A stretch of DNA of 64,000 nucleotides, taken from IMG/VR virus record IMGVR_UViG_3300046463_000164; one strand, given 5' to 3'. The stretch is from a virus. Within the stretch, counting starts at the first letter, position 1. Each line of letters starts with the position of its first letter. The translations under genes were made by a program, and so were the position numbers. Below are positions 53,281 through 62,650 of this stretch, piece by piece. The notes under the pieces were generated by a model, which saw nothing but the letters and a program-made list of their open reading frames with translations, was not told the DNA's origin and did no database searches.

Positions 53281-53309
53281 AGTATAGTATGGCTTACATA
53301 GAAAGTAAA
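53281..53309 (-). promoter_or_regulatory. Early promoter
   Basis: TTTACT-N17-TATACT. Confidence 0.75.
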
Positions 53310-53325
53310 GCCATATTTCACTTTT

Positions 53326-53847
53326 TTATGAATTATTTTTAGAGCCGTTCTTGTTCCATTCGATGGAGCCCGCAATCTTGCTCTTAGCATCGAACGCTTC
53401 CAGAAGCTCAGAGCCAATCAAAGCAGCTTGTCGGGCGCGCTCGGCATCTTCCCGTCGCTTTAGTTCATCCCAACAATAGAATTTGAAGTGGTCATCAACT
53501 TGGTCCACCAGCTTCTTGATCCTCCACCATTCGCCTTCGAATTCGAAGTTGACCCTGCGATTAGTTGGATTACCGCGTAAAGAGTCCCCATCCCAAATCT
53601 CAAGGGTCAAACGCCCAACCTCATCCAATGACACTTCGATACAATCTTGATAGGTTACGGTTGACTTTGTATCTTCAAATTCGTAGTTGCGCCAGCCGTC
53701 GAAATTAACCGTTTTGACCAACTTCAACTTTCCCTCTCCTACCAACTGGCGAACCGCCAAAGCTAGGTTGTAGCCTCTACAGTAAGTGTTGCCTACAATC
53801 GCCAGCTTCTTCTGAATCTCAAGCATTACTTTACCTCCAATAGCCAT
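53326..53847 (-). CDS. Hypothetical protein
   Basis: ORF; probable start 53826 (TAATG). Confidence 0.6.
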   Translation of the reverse strand: MAIGGKVMLEIQKKLAIVGNTYCRGYNLALAVRQLVGEGKLKLVKTVNFDGWRNYEFEDTKSTVTYQDCIEVSLDEVGRLTLEIWDGDSLRGNPTNRRVNFEFEGEWWRIKKLVDQVDDHFKFYCWDELKRREDAERARQAALIGSELLEAFDAKSKIAGSIEWNKNGSKNNS

Positions 53848-54377
53848 GACTCCGCGCTATCCATCGCCTGAGCAAGATCAAAGAACTTCTCCCTTGGCTT
53901 AGCATCGCCTTGTACGTTGGCGGAGTAGTAGAATACCATGTAAGCGTCGTGGGTGATACAATTTAAATCCTGCATCACCAACGCCGACTTATCGCAGCAC
54001 ATCAAAGCGTAATCGGTCCCGCGTTCCTCTACCACTAAACGCTCCTTCAGAATCTTCTTCTTTAGGGCGTCTATTCGCACCTGCAGGGCGTCTAGAAAGA
54101 CGCCATAAGAATCCCTAGCCTTAAGCCCTAGCTCTGCGGCCATGAGAACGCGGGCCGATTTACCGGTGCGAATGCCATCCCGCTCCAATCGAATCTTGGC
54201 CTTCATAGCCGCCAAACGATATAGAGCAATACCGTCAGCCGTGTCAAATACGTGTCCGGTATCTTTTGGTTTCATGATCAGGCAATCCTTCTGAGGCGGG
54301 TGAAAGTGATAGTGTTGCTCTTCCAATTTACTACAGCACGGTATCCCCGATACTTGGACCTCTTGGTAAAATACCAA
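53826..54377 (-). CDS. Hypothetical protein
   Basis: ORF; probable start near MKPKD (54275). Confidence 0.55.
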   Translation of the reverse strand: MVFYQEVQVSGIPCCSKLEEQHYHFHPPQKDCLIMKPKDTGHVFDTADGIALYRLAAMKAKIRLERDGIRTGKSARVLMAAELGLKARDSYGVFLDALQVRIDALKKKILKERLVVEERGTDYALMCCDKSALVMQDLNCITHDAYMVFYYSANVQGDAKPREKFFDLAQAMDSAESWLLEVK

Positions 54378-54483
54378 ATGTCCATCTCAGGGGCATCCTC
54401 GCGCCATCCGTTGTTATGATCCATCAACTTTCTGATGACGCTGGTTTGCAATTTCATACTGTCTCCGGGATGAATACTACTTG

Positions 54484-55245
54484 TTAACTGATGAGACCTG
54501 CCACAGGCGCGGCTTGTTCGGTGGAGCCGTTGATCTGATTCGACAGATTGATCTTGTCGCCGAATTCACGACCGGCCGCAGCCGCGCGTTGGCTCTTATT
54601 AGCCAACTTGACGGTTGTCTTCTTCAGGTCTTTAATGCCGAGAATATTCACAACGTAATTCTCGTTGGCTGCCTTTTCGGTTTCGTAAAGGTTAGCCAGT
54701 ACAAGGGCCGTGCCGGGCGATTCAACTTGGTGTTCGGCTTCGGCTTCGGCGCGCAGTTCTTCGCAACGCTCAGCGATACGCTTGCTGGCTGCGTTACGGA
54801 ACGTTGTAGCGAGAGCTTGAGCTTGACCCGGAGCACGACCGTACAGCTTGATACTTTCGTCCAAGACGCTCTTGATCAGATACAGCGTCATTTCCTTGGT
54901 CGTCATGATGTTCGACTCCAGGCCGACAAAGTGGAACAAGAACTTCTGCTTGTTCGGCACCTTCTCATGGAAGAACTTGCTGAAATACAACTGCGAGATT
55001 GCGTGAGCAATCACCTTACGATACGGACACGGGAATTGTTCGATAGTGATCGATTCCCGATCTTCCTTGTCTTCGATAGCGACATCGGCCATCGTCAGAT
55101 TGTGTTTGGCCAGCAACTTGAGGGCCATCCGCATCGCGTTGTCGCGTTCGTGTTCACTGCCGGCCGCGTTGTCGTTCGCGTGGCTCAACAGCTTGCGAAT
55201 CTTATCGATTGCTTTTTCTTCTTGGGTTTTTGCTTGTGCGTTCAT
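54484..55245 (-). CDS. DUF2786-domain protein
   Basis: DKIRKLL..A....EHE...A...A.KLLAKHNL. Confidence 0.8.
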   Translation of the reverse strand: MNAQAKTQEEKAIDKIRKLLSHANDNAAGSEHERDNAMRMALKLLAKHNLTMADVAIEDKEDRESITIEQFPCPYRKVIAHAISQLYFSKFFHEKVPNKQKFLFHFVGLESNIMTTKEMTLYLIKSVLDESIKLYGRAPGQAQALATTFRNAASKRIAERCEELRAEAEAEHQVESPGTALVLANLYETEKAANENYVVNILGIKDLKKTTVKLANKSQRAAAAGREFGDKINLSNQINGSTEQAAPVAGLIS

Positions 55246-55301
55246 TGCTGGGCTCCTTCGGTGCGGTTAGGTTTCAGCCAGTACATTCTAGCTATGGAAG
55301 A

Positions 55302-55330
55302 ATCATATATCCATATACATAGAAAGTAAA
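55302..55330 (-). promoter_or_regulatory. Early promoter
   Basis: TTTACT-N17-TATGAT. Confidence 0.7.
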
Positions 55331-55579
55331 GCGAATTTTATGTAATTATTTTTCCCATCTATCGATCAAATCAAGAGCACTATAGCCCAATATGATAGAG
55401 ACTATCAGGCCGATGAATATTCCAAGAGGCCACCAGTTTGATGTATAACCGGATAGCCCCAATACGCCTAAGTATGCCATTAAGAAATTGAACATTGTTA
55501 AAGAGCAGGGGTGGGTTTCGTCGTCTAGTCTATACTAGGATTCATGAACCGTAAAGGAAAATCTTTCATAGAATAGGGC

Positions 55580-55608
55580 TTTACTTTTTACATACTAGCG
55601 GGTATAAT
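55580..55608 (+). promoter_or_regulatory. Early promoter driving an ORF-less region
   Basis: TTTACT-N17-TATAAT, opposite to all flanking genes. Confidence 0.8.
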
Positions 55609-55609
55609 A

Positions 55610-55926
55610 GCGGGTTGTAGTGGTCGGTATACAGACGGCAGCGCTACATAGTTGTATGGTCTACTGTGTATCGGACTAGACCAAACCCGCAAACTAGGCT
55701 TAGGCTGGCGTAACCAAGGGTGTCCGACAGATCAGGTTATTGATCTGCGTAAGTTGGTGGCTATTGAGAGGGATAACTCTAACTCTCAACCTTGATCGGC
55801 TCCGTATATTGGAACGATAGGATAATGGTTCTGTGCCTCTTAATTGAGGCATGGGCCAACTTATCCTTTCACTCACCGTGCTTGGGGTTAATAGAGAAAC
55901 CCCTTAGACGTTCCTCTAAGGGGTTC
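55610..55926 (+). ncRNA. Putative multi-branched structured non-coding RNA (~300 nt)
   Basis: Consensus promoter, nested helices with G-U pairs on the plus strand, 3' hairpin, no ORF of 60 aa or more. Confidence 0.65.
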
Positions 55927-55937
55927 TAGGAGATAGG

Positions 55938-56297
55938 TTAGATAGCCCTAGCCGTCTGCGATAGCTCGTGACGTAGCGCCTCTACCCGTACTAGATTACG
56001 CTCGATGATACGGAAGTTCTCTTTACGTTCGGCTTTCTGATCGTCCGAAATACCAAACATAATCTCCATCATATCCAATATTGCATTGGCCTGAGAGTGG
56101 TAGATAACTGACTCCGCGTAATGGATCTTGGCATCTTTCAACTGCCGGGAATTCAGATGATCTTCAAACTGTTCTTGATGGACGTAGGCGTTGACCTTCA
56201 GTTCATCATATCTGGCTTGAATAACCTCTTGAAGACTACCAATCATATTGGTGTTCATTTGAATCTCCTTAATCAGAATATCGTTCGATCCGATCAA
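55938..56297 (-). CDS. Hypothetical protein
   Basis: ORF; AAGGAG RBS supports start at MNTNM (56258). Confidence 0.6.
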   Translation of the reverse strand: MIGSNDILIKEIQMNTNMIGSLQEVIQARYDELKVNAYVHQEQFEDHLNSRQLKDAKIHYAESVIYHSQANAILDMMEIMFGISDDQKAERKENFRIIERNLVRVEALRHELSQTARAI

Positions 56298-56682
56298 TTT
56301 TACAATCTTCTGTCCCGATAGAACCCCGATAGTGGTCGTTGGTTATTACGTCATACAAGTTAGTCACATAGCCTTCTCCTTTCAAGCTATCTGCGATTAA
56401 CACCCCATCAAATTGTTTACCTATACAACGTCTATACCAAAGACTTGAAGAGGCACAATTTGTTACCGTGATACGGACCCTCTGAAAGATAGCGCGGACT
56501 TGGAAAATGGTTTCCTCGTCCGCGTCTACCTCTTCAATATTAACAACATCACAAGTGTCAGGATAGCGCGTGAGAATGCGCGATCTGGCCAAAGCTTGAT
56601 CCGGTGCCGATACTAGCACCAAGATTGGATGCGTTTGCTGCGTCGTTTTCAGTAAGACTCTATATAGAGGCAACGGCGTCAT
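56269..56682 (-). CDS. Hypothetical protein
   Basis: GGAG RBS. Confidence 0.55.
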   Translation of the reverse strand: MTPLPLYRVLLKTTQQTHPILVLVSAPDQALARSRILTRYPDTCDVVNIEEVDADEETIFQVRAIFQRVRITVTNCASSSLWYRRCIGKQFDGVLIADSLKGEGYVTNLYDVITNDHYRGSIGTEDCKIDRIERYSD

Positions 56683-56797
56683 GAGTTTCTCCGGGGTTTA
56701 ACGCGTCTATAACAGGACCGCGTCAGACTAGTATATCCCGGAGTCAGAAAAAGAAAAACCCCGCTAGAGTTACCTAGCAGGGTTCTTAAGTTTGTTC

Positions 56798-57004
56798 CTA
56801 ACGCAAGACGCCACAAGGCGTCTTACCTTCGGGATTACCGGGTTGCCAATCGTTGAAGTAACCCCTGACCTCTCCGGTCTGCGACCTCACCGCTTGGTAG
56901 AAGTGATTATGCTTGGTTGTACTCACAAGTTTGACTACACAAGAGCCGTCTGCGTCGAACATCCAAGCGCTCAGTTCTGTGTATATTGTATCTTGGTCAT
57001 GCAT
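56798..57004 (-). CDS. Hypothetical protein
   Basis: AAGGAG RBS. Confidence 0.55.
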   Translation of the reverse strand: MHDQDTIYTELSAWMFDADGSCVVKLVSTTKHNHFYQAVRSQTGEVRGYFNDWQPGNPEGKTPCGVLR

Positions 57005-57014
57005 ATTACTCTCC

Positions 57015-57356
57015 TTAGAGTCGTACCCTCGCCAGACGGTCTACCAAACTGTTCCATGTAGTTGCGTTATAAAGGATAGCCGCCCCGTCTTGAGTGCGGC
57101 TAAACCAAACCATCTTGGTGACCTTAGCGTGGTCTTTATCCAAGACGCGGTTATCATAGATATTGTTAGCTACGATAACCCGGCCCCAGCCTTGCTTTTC
57201 GAACACCCGGATATTAAAGCTATTGTCCAAGCATTCAATCGCCCGGTAATCGAACATCTCAGGCTTGTAAGACACCTGAGTAAACCCACAACTCTTCAAG
57301 TAGTTGCAGATCAACTCGTGGGTGAATGACTTGGGCTTTTCGGTATCAGACATCAC
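57015..57356 (-). CDS. Hypothetical protein
   Basis: AGGAG RBS. Confidence 0.55.
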   Translation of the reverse strand: MMSDTEKPKSFTHELICNYLKSCGFTQVSYKPEMFDYRAIECLDNSFNIRVFEKQGWGRVIVANNIYDNRVLDKDHAKVTKMVWFSRTQDGAAILYNATTWNSLVDRLARVRL

Positions 57357-57413
57357 GGTAAATCTCCTATAGGGTAAGCCCCTGAGAAATTCTAGCGGGG
57401 CTTACCGGATAGT

Positions 57414-58403
57414 TTAACCGAAGTTAAACCCGGAGTTACGGATCATCGTAGCCTCTGCGATATCCTGCCAGCCTTGGGCATCGCCCTTCATAAAGGCCGA
57501 CAACTTCAAGATCGTACGCAGGGACAACTCGCGCAGGTTCTCGTAGTTATCCTCCAACCACTCCATCATCAGACCCTTCTGCACGCCGTCGATGCCGTGC
57601 ACGTCGAGCATCGTCGTGTGGTTAACGACTTGCTTGATGCGAGTCAGAATTTCCTTGTTCGTGTGGATGCCCAGATCCAAGTAGATCGAGCGGCTGATCA
57701 GAGCCTTGAAGTGCTCCGCCAGGTTAGTCCCGCGCTCCATCATCCGGTCAAAGTCCAGGTTGGTGATGAACACGCAAGCGCCTTCGAAGTCGAACGCTTG
57801 GTCAACTCCCTGCTCCGCCAGCCATTCGCTAGCAGTGAGCCAAACCAGGTGACGGACATCGCCGGTATCCAACGCGCCCTTCAGCAGGTTGAGGCTGGTC
57901 TCGTCCTGGAAGATCACGTCGATGTCGTCCAAGACAAGGATATCGCCCTTATTACGGTGCTCGAACAACTGGGCGAACAACGCGATGGCCGAGATTTTCC
58001 CTTTCAAGATCGTGAACTGATTGATCTCTTGGTTATCGATAGCCTGGTTCAACCGCTTCTCCAGGTTATAAGACTTCCCGATACCGGCCGCACCGGAGAT
58101 AATCAGCGAGCGGACATCGCCGCCCACGATCATATCCGTCAGTTGCGACATGATATCGAAACGGCGGCTGATCAGCGCGTCCAACTTATCTTCGGGACTG
58201 ACGGAAACTGCGGTGCTCGTGTCCTCCACGATCTTGTAATCGGCACGGTTGACGTGCACGTTGACTTCTTTTCCGTTCCGGATGATACGCAAGTACATCT
58301 CACGCTTGCAACTCGCATCGCCGTCTTTGGTCGAAACGAGCGGGAAGTTGCCGTGCAGGTTCTTACCGTAGTGTAGGCCGTCTTTGATGTTTACGATTTG
58401 CAT
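57414..58403 (-). CDS. AAA-type P-loop ATPase
   Basis: Walker A GAAGIGKS, Walker B ILVLDDID, LKGALD, FITN, ALISRS. Confidence 0.85.
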   Translation of the reverse strand: MQIVNIKDGLHYGKNLHGNFPLVSTKDGDASCKREMYLRIIRNGKEVNVHVNRADYKIVEDTSTAVSVSPEDKLDALISRRFDIMSQLTDMIVGGDVRSLIISGAAGIGKSYNLEKRLNQAIDNQEINQFTILKGKISAIALFAQLFEHRNKGDILVLDDIDVIFQDETSLNLLKGALDTGDVRHLVWLTASEWLAEQGVDQAFDFEGACVFITNLDFDRMMERGTNLAEHFKALISRSIYLDLGIHTNKEILTRIKQVVNHTTMLDVHGIDGVQKGLMMEWLEDNYENLRELSLRTILKLSAFMKGDAQGWQDIAEATMIRNSGFNFG

Positions 58404-58467
58404 ATTCTTACTCCAGTTGGGATTGTTATTAAATCGCTTTCTTTTGTTCCGCGATTCGATAACAGAG

Positions 58468-58495
58468 AGTTTACGCCGTTCTAGCGGGAAGTAAA
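58468..58495 (-). promoter_or_regulatory. Early promoter
   Basis: TTTACT-N16-TAAACT. Confidence 0.5.
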
Positions 58496-58658
58496 GACTT
58501 TCATATAATAACCTTACATAATGTATGGTATTCTTGACGGCGCGTTTAGAGGCTCAGGGTGAGGTCGTGTCCGCTAGGGTTAACTATCCTAGCGGGGAGC
58601 TAAACGAAGCCCGCTAGAAAGCTAAAAACCCCTGCAGATCGCTCTACAGGGGTTTAGG

Positions 58659-59249
58659 TTAGGTAGATTCTGCTTCGGTTTCTTCGGTATCGGGTTCAAC
58701 CGCTTGTTGCCGAGCCTCTTGGAGTTGCTCTCTAATAAATTTAATCGTTTTCAAAGCCGTGATAGGCTCGATTAATTCCGCGTGGCCGTTCTTCTCTAAC
58801 TTGGAGTTTTCGCGGTTTAGATACCCTTGGAACCTTACTTCTGGAGAGGCGTTCCGAAAGGTATGAACTAGTCTATTAGCGTAAGCCCTAGTCACGTCCT
58901 CAGCGGTCTTACAATCGGGGTTTCGCTTTAGAATCCCCATCAAAACCTTATCCGCCTGAGCGCTTCGCGCGACTCCGATTATATTCAAGAATTTCTTGAT
59001 GAATAAGCCTTGGTATTGAAGCCCTATCATCGTTTCCAGGCGGTCCACGTACCTTTGCACCAACGCGTCGATGTCAAGCGTAGGATAGCGCTGCTGTACC
59101 AAGTAGCGCTCATATACGGGCGGTGGGATATCCTTGTGTCTAGCCTTCATATGCAAGCGGAAGTCGGCCAGGGTTTTCGGCTTACCTTTCTTACTTTCCT
59201 CGCAATAAGGACAATCGAATTTGGCGCCTTTTCTATTTTCATACTGCAT
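58659..59249 (-). CDS. C2H2 zinc-finger-like protein
   Basis: F.CPYC...F..HMKARH. Confidence 0.6.
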   Translation of the reverse strand: MQYENRKGAKFDCPYCEESKKGKPKTLADFRLHMKARHKDIPPPVYERYLVQQRYPTLDIDALVQRYVDRLETMIGLQYQGLFIKKFLNIIGVARSAQADKVLMGILKRNPDCKTAEDVTRAYANRLVHTFRNASPEVRFQGYLNRENSKLEKNGHAELIEPITALKTIKFIREQLQEARQQAVEPDTEETEAEST

Positions 59250-59302
59250 AATTTGTATTTCCGTCTATCGGGGTTAGTCCTAATAGAAAAATTTAGAACG
59301 AC

Positions 59303-59334
59303 AAAAGCCCCTGCTAGAATCTAGCAGGGGCTTT
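59303..59334. terminator. Terminator
   Basis: AAAAGCCCCTGCTAGA-A-TCTAGCAGGGGCTTT. Confidence 0.8.
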
Positions 59335-59364
59335 GCATTTAACCCCTTTCGGGGTTTAGAAGCC

Positions 59365-60306
59365 TTACGCGGGCTTCTTGTTTGCGACGCGCTTCGTGAC
59401 GTTCGCTGCGCCGAGATTCGGCACCTGAGCGCGTTGCTCTTTCGTGACCTTCGGTGCCTTGGAGGCGTCCGCAGCCGCCGCAGCCTGAACCTTCGGTGCC
59501 TTCGGTTCTTTGGGAGCCTTCGGTGCCGGAGCAGCCTTGATCAGAATTTCTTCCGGGGCGTAGCGACGACCCGTACCAATTTCTGCCAGGTAGTAGTGCA
59601 GAACGCCTTCTTTCTTCTCCGAAGCCAAGAAGTAGCCCTTGGCCTTCGGTTCCCAGTGCAGGATACCCGACAAACCACCGGCGGACCACGTGAACTCGTC
59701 CATCATCTGCTTCTTGGTCAGGCCTGCCGGATCGCACAAGCGGACAAACAAGCGGTGCAGCATCGAGTCTTGCTTGATCGGTTGCGGCGTCTGCGGAAGA
59801 ACCTTGGTCCAGTCGGTTCCACGGAACGTCTGCTTGCCCGTAGCAGGATCGATCTTGCCGGTGAAGTTCGTGCCCGCCACCTTGGCCATCTTGCTGTCTG
59901 CCGTCGGCATCGCGTTTTCGACTTCAGCCGCAAGCTTCAGTTGCTCCGGCGTCAGCGTCTTGGCCGCAGCCTGCGCCGCTTCTTGGTTCATCTGAGCGAT
60001 GTTCACCGGTTGCGACGGTGCGTCGTCGGTCTTGGCTTCTTGATCGGCGCCGGCCAGTTCTTCTTTGGCCGTTTCGATTGCCTTGCCCGCTTCGGTATCT
60101 GCCGGACCTTCCACTTGAATCATTTGGAAGCCGCCAGCGGTTTCCTTCTTGCCGGTCATCAGTTGACCCAGCGAGGTAGAACCAAGCGTCAGGCCAGCCG
60201 CCTTGATTTCATCGAGAATCGCGGCATTCTTCTTGCCTTCGACCATCACTTGGAAGTCGCCGTCGATTTGCTTGAGGACGCGGATCAGGGTGTTGTTTGC
60301 GGTCAT
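59365..60306 (-). CDS. Putative nucleoid-associated protein: DUF3489-like winged helix plus K/A/P-rich tail
   Basis: PAGLTKKQMMDEFTWSAGGLSGILHW..KAKGY.L.SEK; KAPKEPKAPK tail; start at MTANN. Confidence 0.6.
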   Translation of the reverse strand: MTANNTLIRVLKQIDGDFQVMVEGKKNAAILDEIKAAGLTLGSTSLGQLMTGKKETAGGFQMIQVEGPADTEAGKAIETAKEELAGADQEAKTDDAPSQPVNIAQMNQEAAQAAAKTLTPEQLKLAAEVENAMPTADSKMAKVAGTNFTGKIDPATGKQTFRGTDWTKVLPQTPQPIKQDSMLHRLFVRLCDPAGLTKKQMMDEFTWSAGGLSGILHWEPKAKGYFLASEKKEGVLHYYLAEIGTGRRYAPEEILIKAAPAPKAPKEPKAPKVQAAAAADASKAPKVTKEQRAQVPNLGAANVTKRVANKKPA

Positions 60307-60392
60307 GATAAAGCTCCAAATTAGGGATAGGTTTGTTTCGTTAGGTCTTACGCTTCTGATTCCGGTTAGTTTTCTTACCAACCTTAGAATCT

Positions 60393-60421
60393 ATTCTACT
60401 TTGAATCTTTCGGAAAGTCTA
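60393..60421 (-). promoter_or_regulatory. Early promoter
   Basis: TAGACT-N17-TAGAAT. Confidence 0.65.
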
Positions 60422-60492
60422 GCGATTTTTCATTTATTTCACTTCGCTTTCCGCTTATTCCGCTTCGTCTTTAAGGCGTCGCGTTAGATAGA

Positions 60493-60521
60493 ACTATAGA
60501 CCAAACAGACCTGCGAGTAAA
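60493..60521 (-). promoter_or_regulatory. Second tandem early promoter
   Basis: TTTACT-N17-TATAGT. Confidence 0.65.
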
Positions 60522-60726
60522 GCCTTATTTTGACTATTTTTACTAGGACAAACCCTACCATCTACACGTTTTCGGGCTTCTATATAGGCTATCGAAACGG
60601 GGTAAAAGCCAGTAAATCCGCGCTAATCGGGCGTATAGGCTCATAGTGAGATTCAACCTGACGGGGTATGTCTTAGCCTAGACTATGTAAGCGCAGCCCG
60701 CTAGAGGCTCATCTAACGATCAAAGG

Positions 60727-60882
60727 TTTTCGCTATCGGTTTTTGTTTCTGATAGAAAATTGAAAGTCATTCAGGAATTGGTGGCTTAGTCGATCAACCC
60801 AGTGCTACCGATGACTCTATCATACTATGGAGTATGGATAAAAGTAAAGCCCCTTTCGGGGCTTTTTGGTAGGGTTAAACCC
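60727..60882 (-). repeat. Copy 1 of ~155-bp terminator-promoter-hairpin cassette
   Basis: Imperfect direct repeat of 63167-63320; shared AGTAAAGCCCCTTTCGGGGCTTTTTGGTAGGG. Confidence 0.85.
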
Positions 60883-61299
60883 TTAGAACGTTACGTGTGG
60901 CGTAACCAACTCGCAAAGCGCTTCCCACCGGCGAATAAGCGCCTGAAGAATATCCGTTTCGATACCGCGAATAACGCGCGGGCCGTTCCAACGAAGCGCT
61001 ACCTCTTCACCTTCGTTTTCCAAAACCGCGTTATAACGCGCGTTCCTTTCGTCCGAAGAAACGATTTCATCCCAATCGCCCATATTATATTGGCCGAAGT
61101 GGTACTCATTATACCTTTCGCCGTGATCGTAATAGCAACGGATTACGAGCGAATAGCTTTCGTTTTCTCCGCCAATCGGAACTTCAACGTGAAGGGCGTA
61201 GTGCTCCCGATCAACTACGTCGCGGGCTTCGGAGATATTAACCAAAGCCTTACGATGCGTAAGTTGCGGGTCCAACACGGTAATATCTCGAATTCTCAT
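60883..61299 (-). CDS. Early hypothetical protein
   Basis: GGAG RBS, own promoter. Confidence 0.65.
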   Translation of the reverse strand: MRIRDITVLDPQLTHRKALVNISEARDVVDREHYALHVEVPIGGENESYSLVIRCYYDHGERYNEYHFGQYNMGDWDEIVSSDERNARYNAVLENEGEEVALRWNGPRVIRGIETDILQALIRRWEALCELVTPHVTF

Positions 61300-61380
61300 T
61301 TTGCTACTCCGTTTCGTTAGGGTAGTTCTATTATAGCGGATTCGACAAGAAAGTCTATTGGAATCCGCTAGGTAGAAACC

Positions 61381-61632
61381 CTAGTAGCCGAATTCGCAAA
61401 CAGCGGTTGCGAGCGCCAGCGCGTTTTCGTAAATCGAAAGGTCGCCAACGCCGTAAGCCGTAAGCGCTTCGGGTTCCGGACAATTTTGAAGATCGAACGC
61501 CGCCGTGCTAGGGTTATCGTTTTCGAACGCCGCCCAACCCGCTTCGGAGATATACCCCTCAACATCTAAAGCCTGCATGAAAGCCGGGGCTTTCTTGAAA
61601 AGTTCCCAATATTGTTCGGAAGAAAGTTGCAC
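61381..61632 (-). CDS. Early hypothetical protein
   Basis: AGGAG RBS, GTG start. Confidence 0.55.
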   Translation of the reverse strand: MQLSSEQYWELFKKAPAFMQALDVEGYISEAGWAAFENDNPSTAAFDLQNCPEPEALTAYGVGDLSIYENALALATAVCEFGY

Positions 61633-61633
61633 T

Positions 61634-61963
61634 TCAAACTCCTGGCATTAAGGTAATAATTCCCGAACGGTTGACGGGCGTTCCTTCTACGTCCGATCCC
61701 CGATTGAAATGAATTCCGCCGAAAACGAACGCGATTTTGAGAACGTCGTTTTCGTAAGAAACGAATTCAAAATCCATATCGTCCCAACTAGACCAATTAC
61801 TGACGCGGGTTCCGATAAAATCCGTTACGAAAACGGTAAGTTGGGAAAGATCGAAAGAATTGTTATAAAGGCTGACCGCGACCCGTTGAAGATCGGTATC
61901 AATTTCCTTATCCTTCCAACCGGACGAAAGCCGGTTAGAGTCTACTTTAACTTGAACTTTCAC
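61634..61963 (-). CDS. Early hypothetical protein
   Basis: GGAG RBS, own promoter. Confidence 0.6.
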   Translation of the reverse strand: MKVQVKVDSNRLSSGWKDKEIDTDLQRVAVSLYNNSFDLSQLTVFVTDFIGTRVSNWSSWDDMDFEFVSYENDVLKIAFVFGGIHFNRGSDVEGTPVNRSGIITLMPGV

Positions 61964-61970
61964 TTCCTAC

Positions 61971-62037
61971 TCCGTTTCGTTTCGATACAAAGAATTATAC
62001 TTGAATCCTAGCGAAAACAAAATTAATTCTTTCTATC
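61971..62037 (-). repeat. Copy 1 of ~67-bp promoter-leader cassette
   Basis: Imperfect repeat of 63559-63624 (TATAAT then TATCGAAACGAA.CGGAG leader). Confidence 0.75.
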
Positions 62038-62152
62038 GCTTTTCGCGTTACCCCTAAGAAAAGCTATCAGAGGGACGTAAAAAGAGGGTGCGGATTTGGA
62101 GGAGAAGCGCCGCACCCCTAGAAAATACCTTGCCCAGTCGGCCAGCCTAGCC

Positions 62153-62506
62153 TTAAAGCAAGGTATGAGATTTGATAGTAACCCAACGCCCGCCTTCGCG
62201 GTAAGTTTGGATATTAATGGTGGAACCGGCCGGCAGAGCTTCCAAATGCTGGATAAAGCGCTCCCCGCCCGTTTTCCACTGCTCGTTGGCTAAAGACTCC
62301 GCGACGAGACACCCGGTCCGGTTTTCAGTACCGGGCCAAATAATCTCGCCGTTCGCTACAATCCGGTCACCCTCACAACGGGCCCAATAAACGGACTCCC
62401 GTAAAACGCGGGCGTTGTACGCCTCTTTCATTTTGTTTTCCGGCAAACGGCCTGAATACAAAACTTGAATAACTGGCTCCTTGGCCGTACTAGCAATCGA
62501 CAGCAT
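62153..62506 (-). CDS. Early hypothetical protein
   Basis: GGAG RBS. Confidence 0.6.
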   Translation of the reverse strand: MLSIASTAKEPVIQVLYSGRLPENKMKEAYNARVLRESVYWARCEGDRIVANGEIIWPGTENRTGCLVAESLANEQWKTGGERFIQHLEALPAGSTINIQTYREGGRWVTIKSHTLL

Positions 62507-62650
62507 TTCTCTTACTCCAAAAATCGGGTTGGGATGATGCGAGGGACTGGCTGGTATCGTTTAAGGAACGGGACACCAGAACTAACTCTAACGGGCTTTA
62601 CCGGAAAAGTCTACCGGATAAATTAAAAAGCCCGTAGGGGTTAGACCTGA

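Noticed and set aside
57474-60324. Long plus-strand ORFs 57474-58376 and 59434-60324 (also 31925-32731, 33887-34705, 51792-52652, 54481-55329 and minus 2746-3567)
   Set aside because: Antisense shadows of codon-biased real genes; no motifs or convincing RBS.
60779-60812. Cassette RNAs ending in CACCA as tRNA minihelix mimics
   Set aside because: The extra pairing needed lies upstream of the likely TSS in copy 2 and is absent in copy 1; no evidence the RNA ends at CCA.
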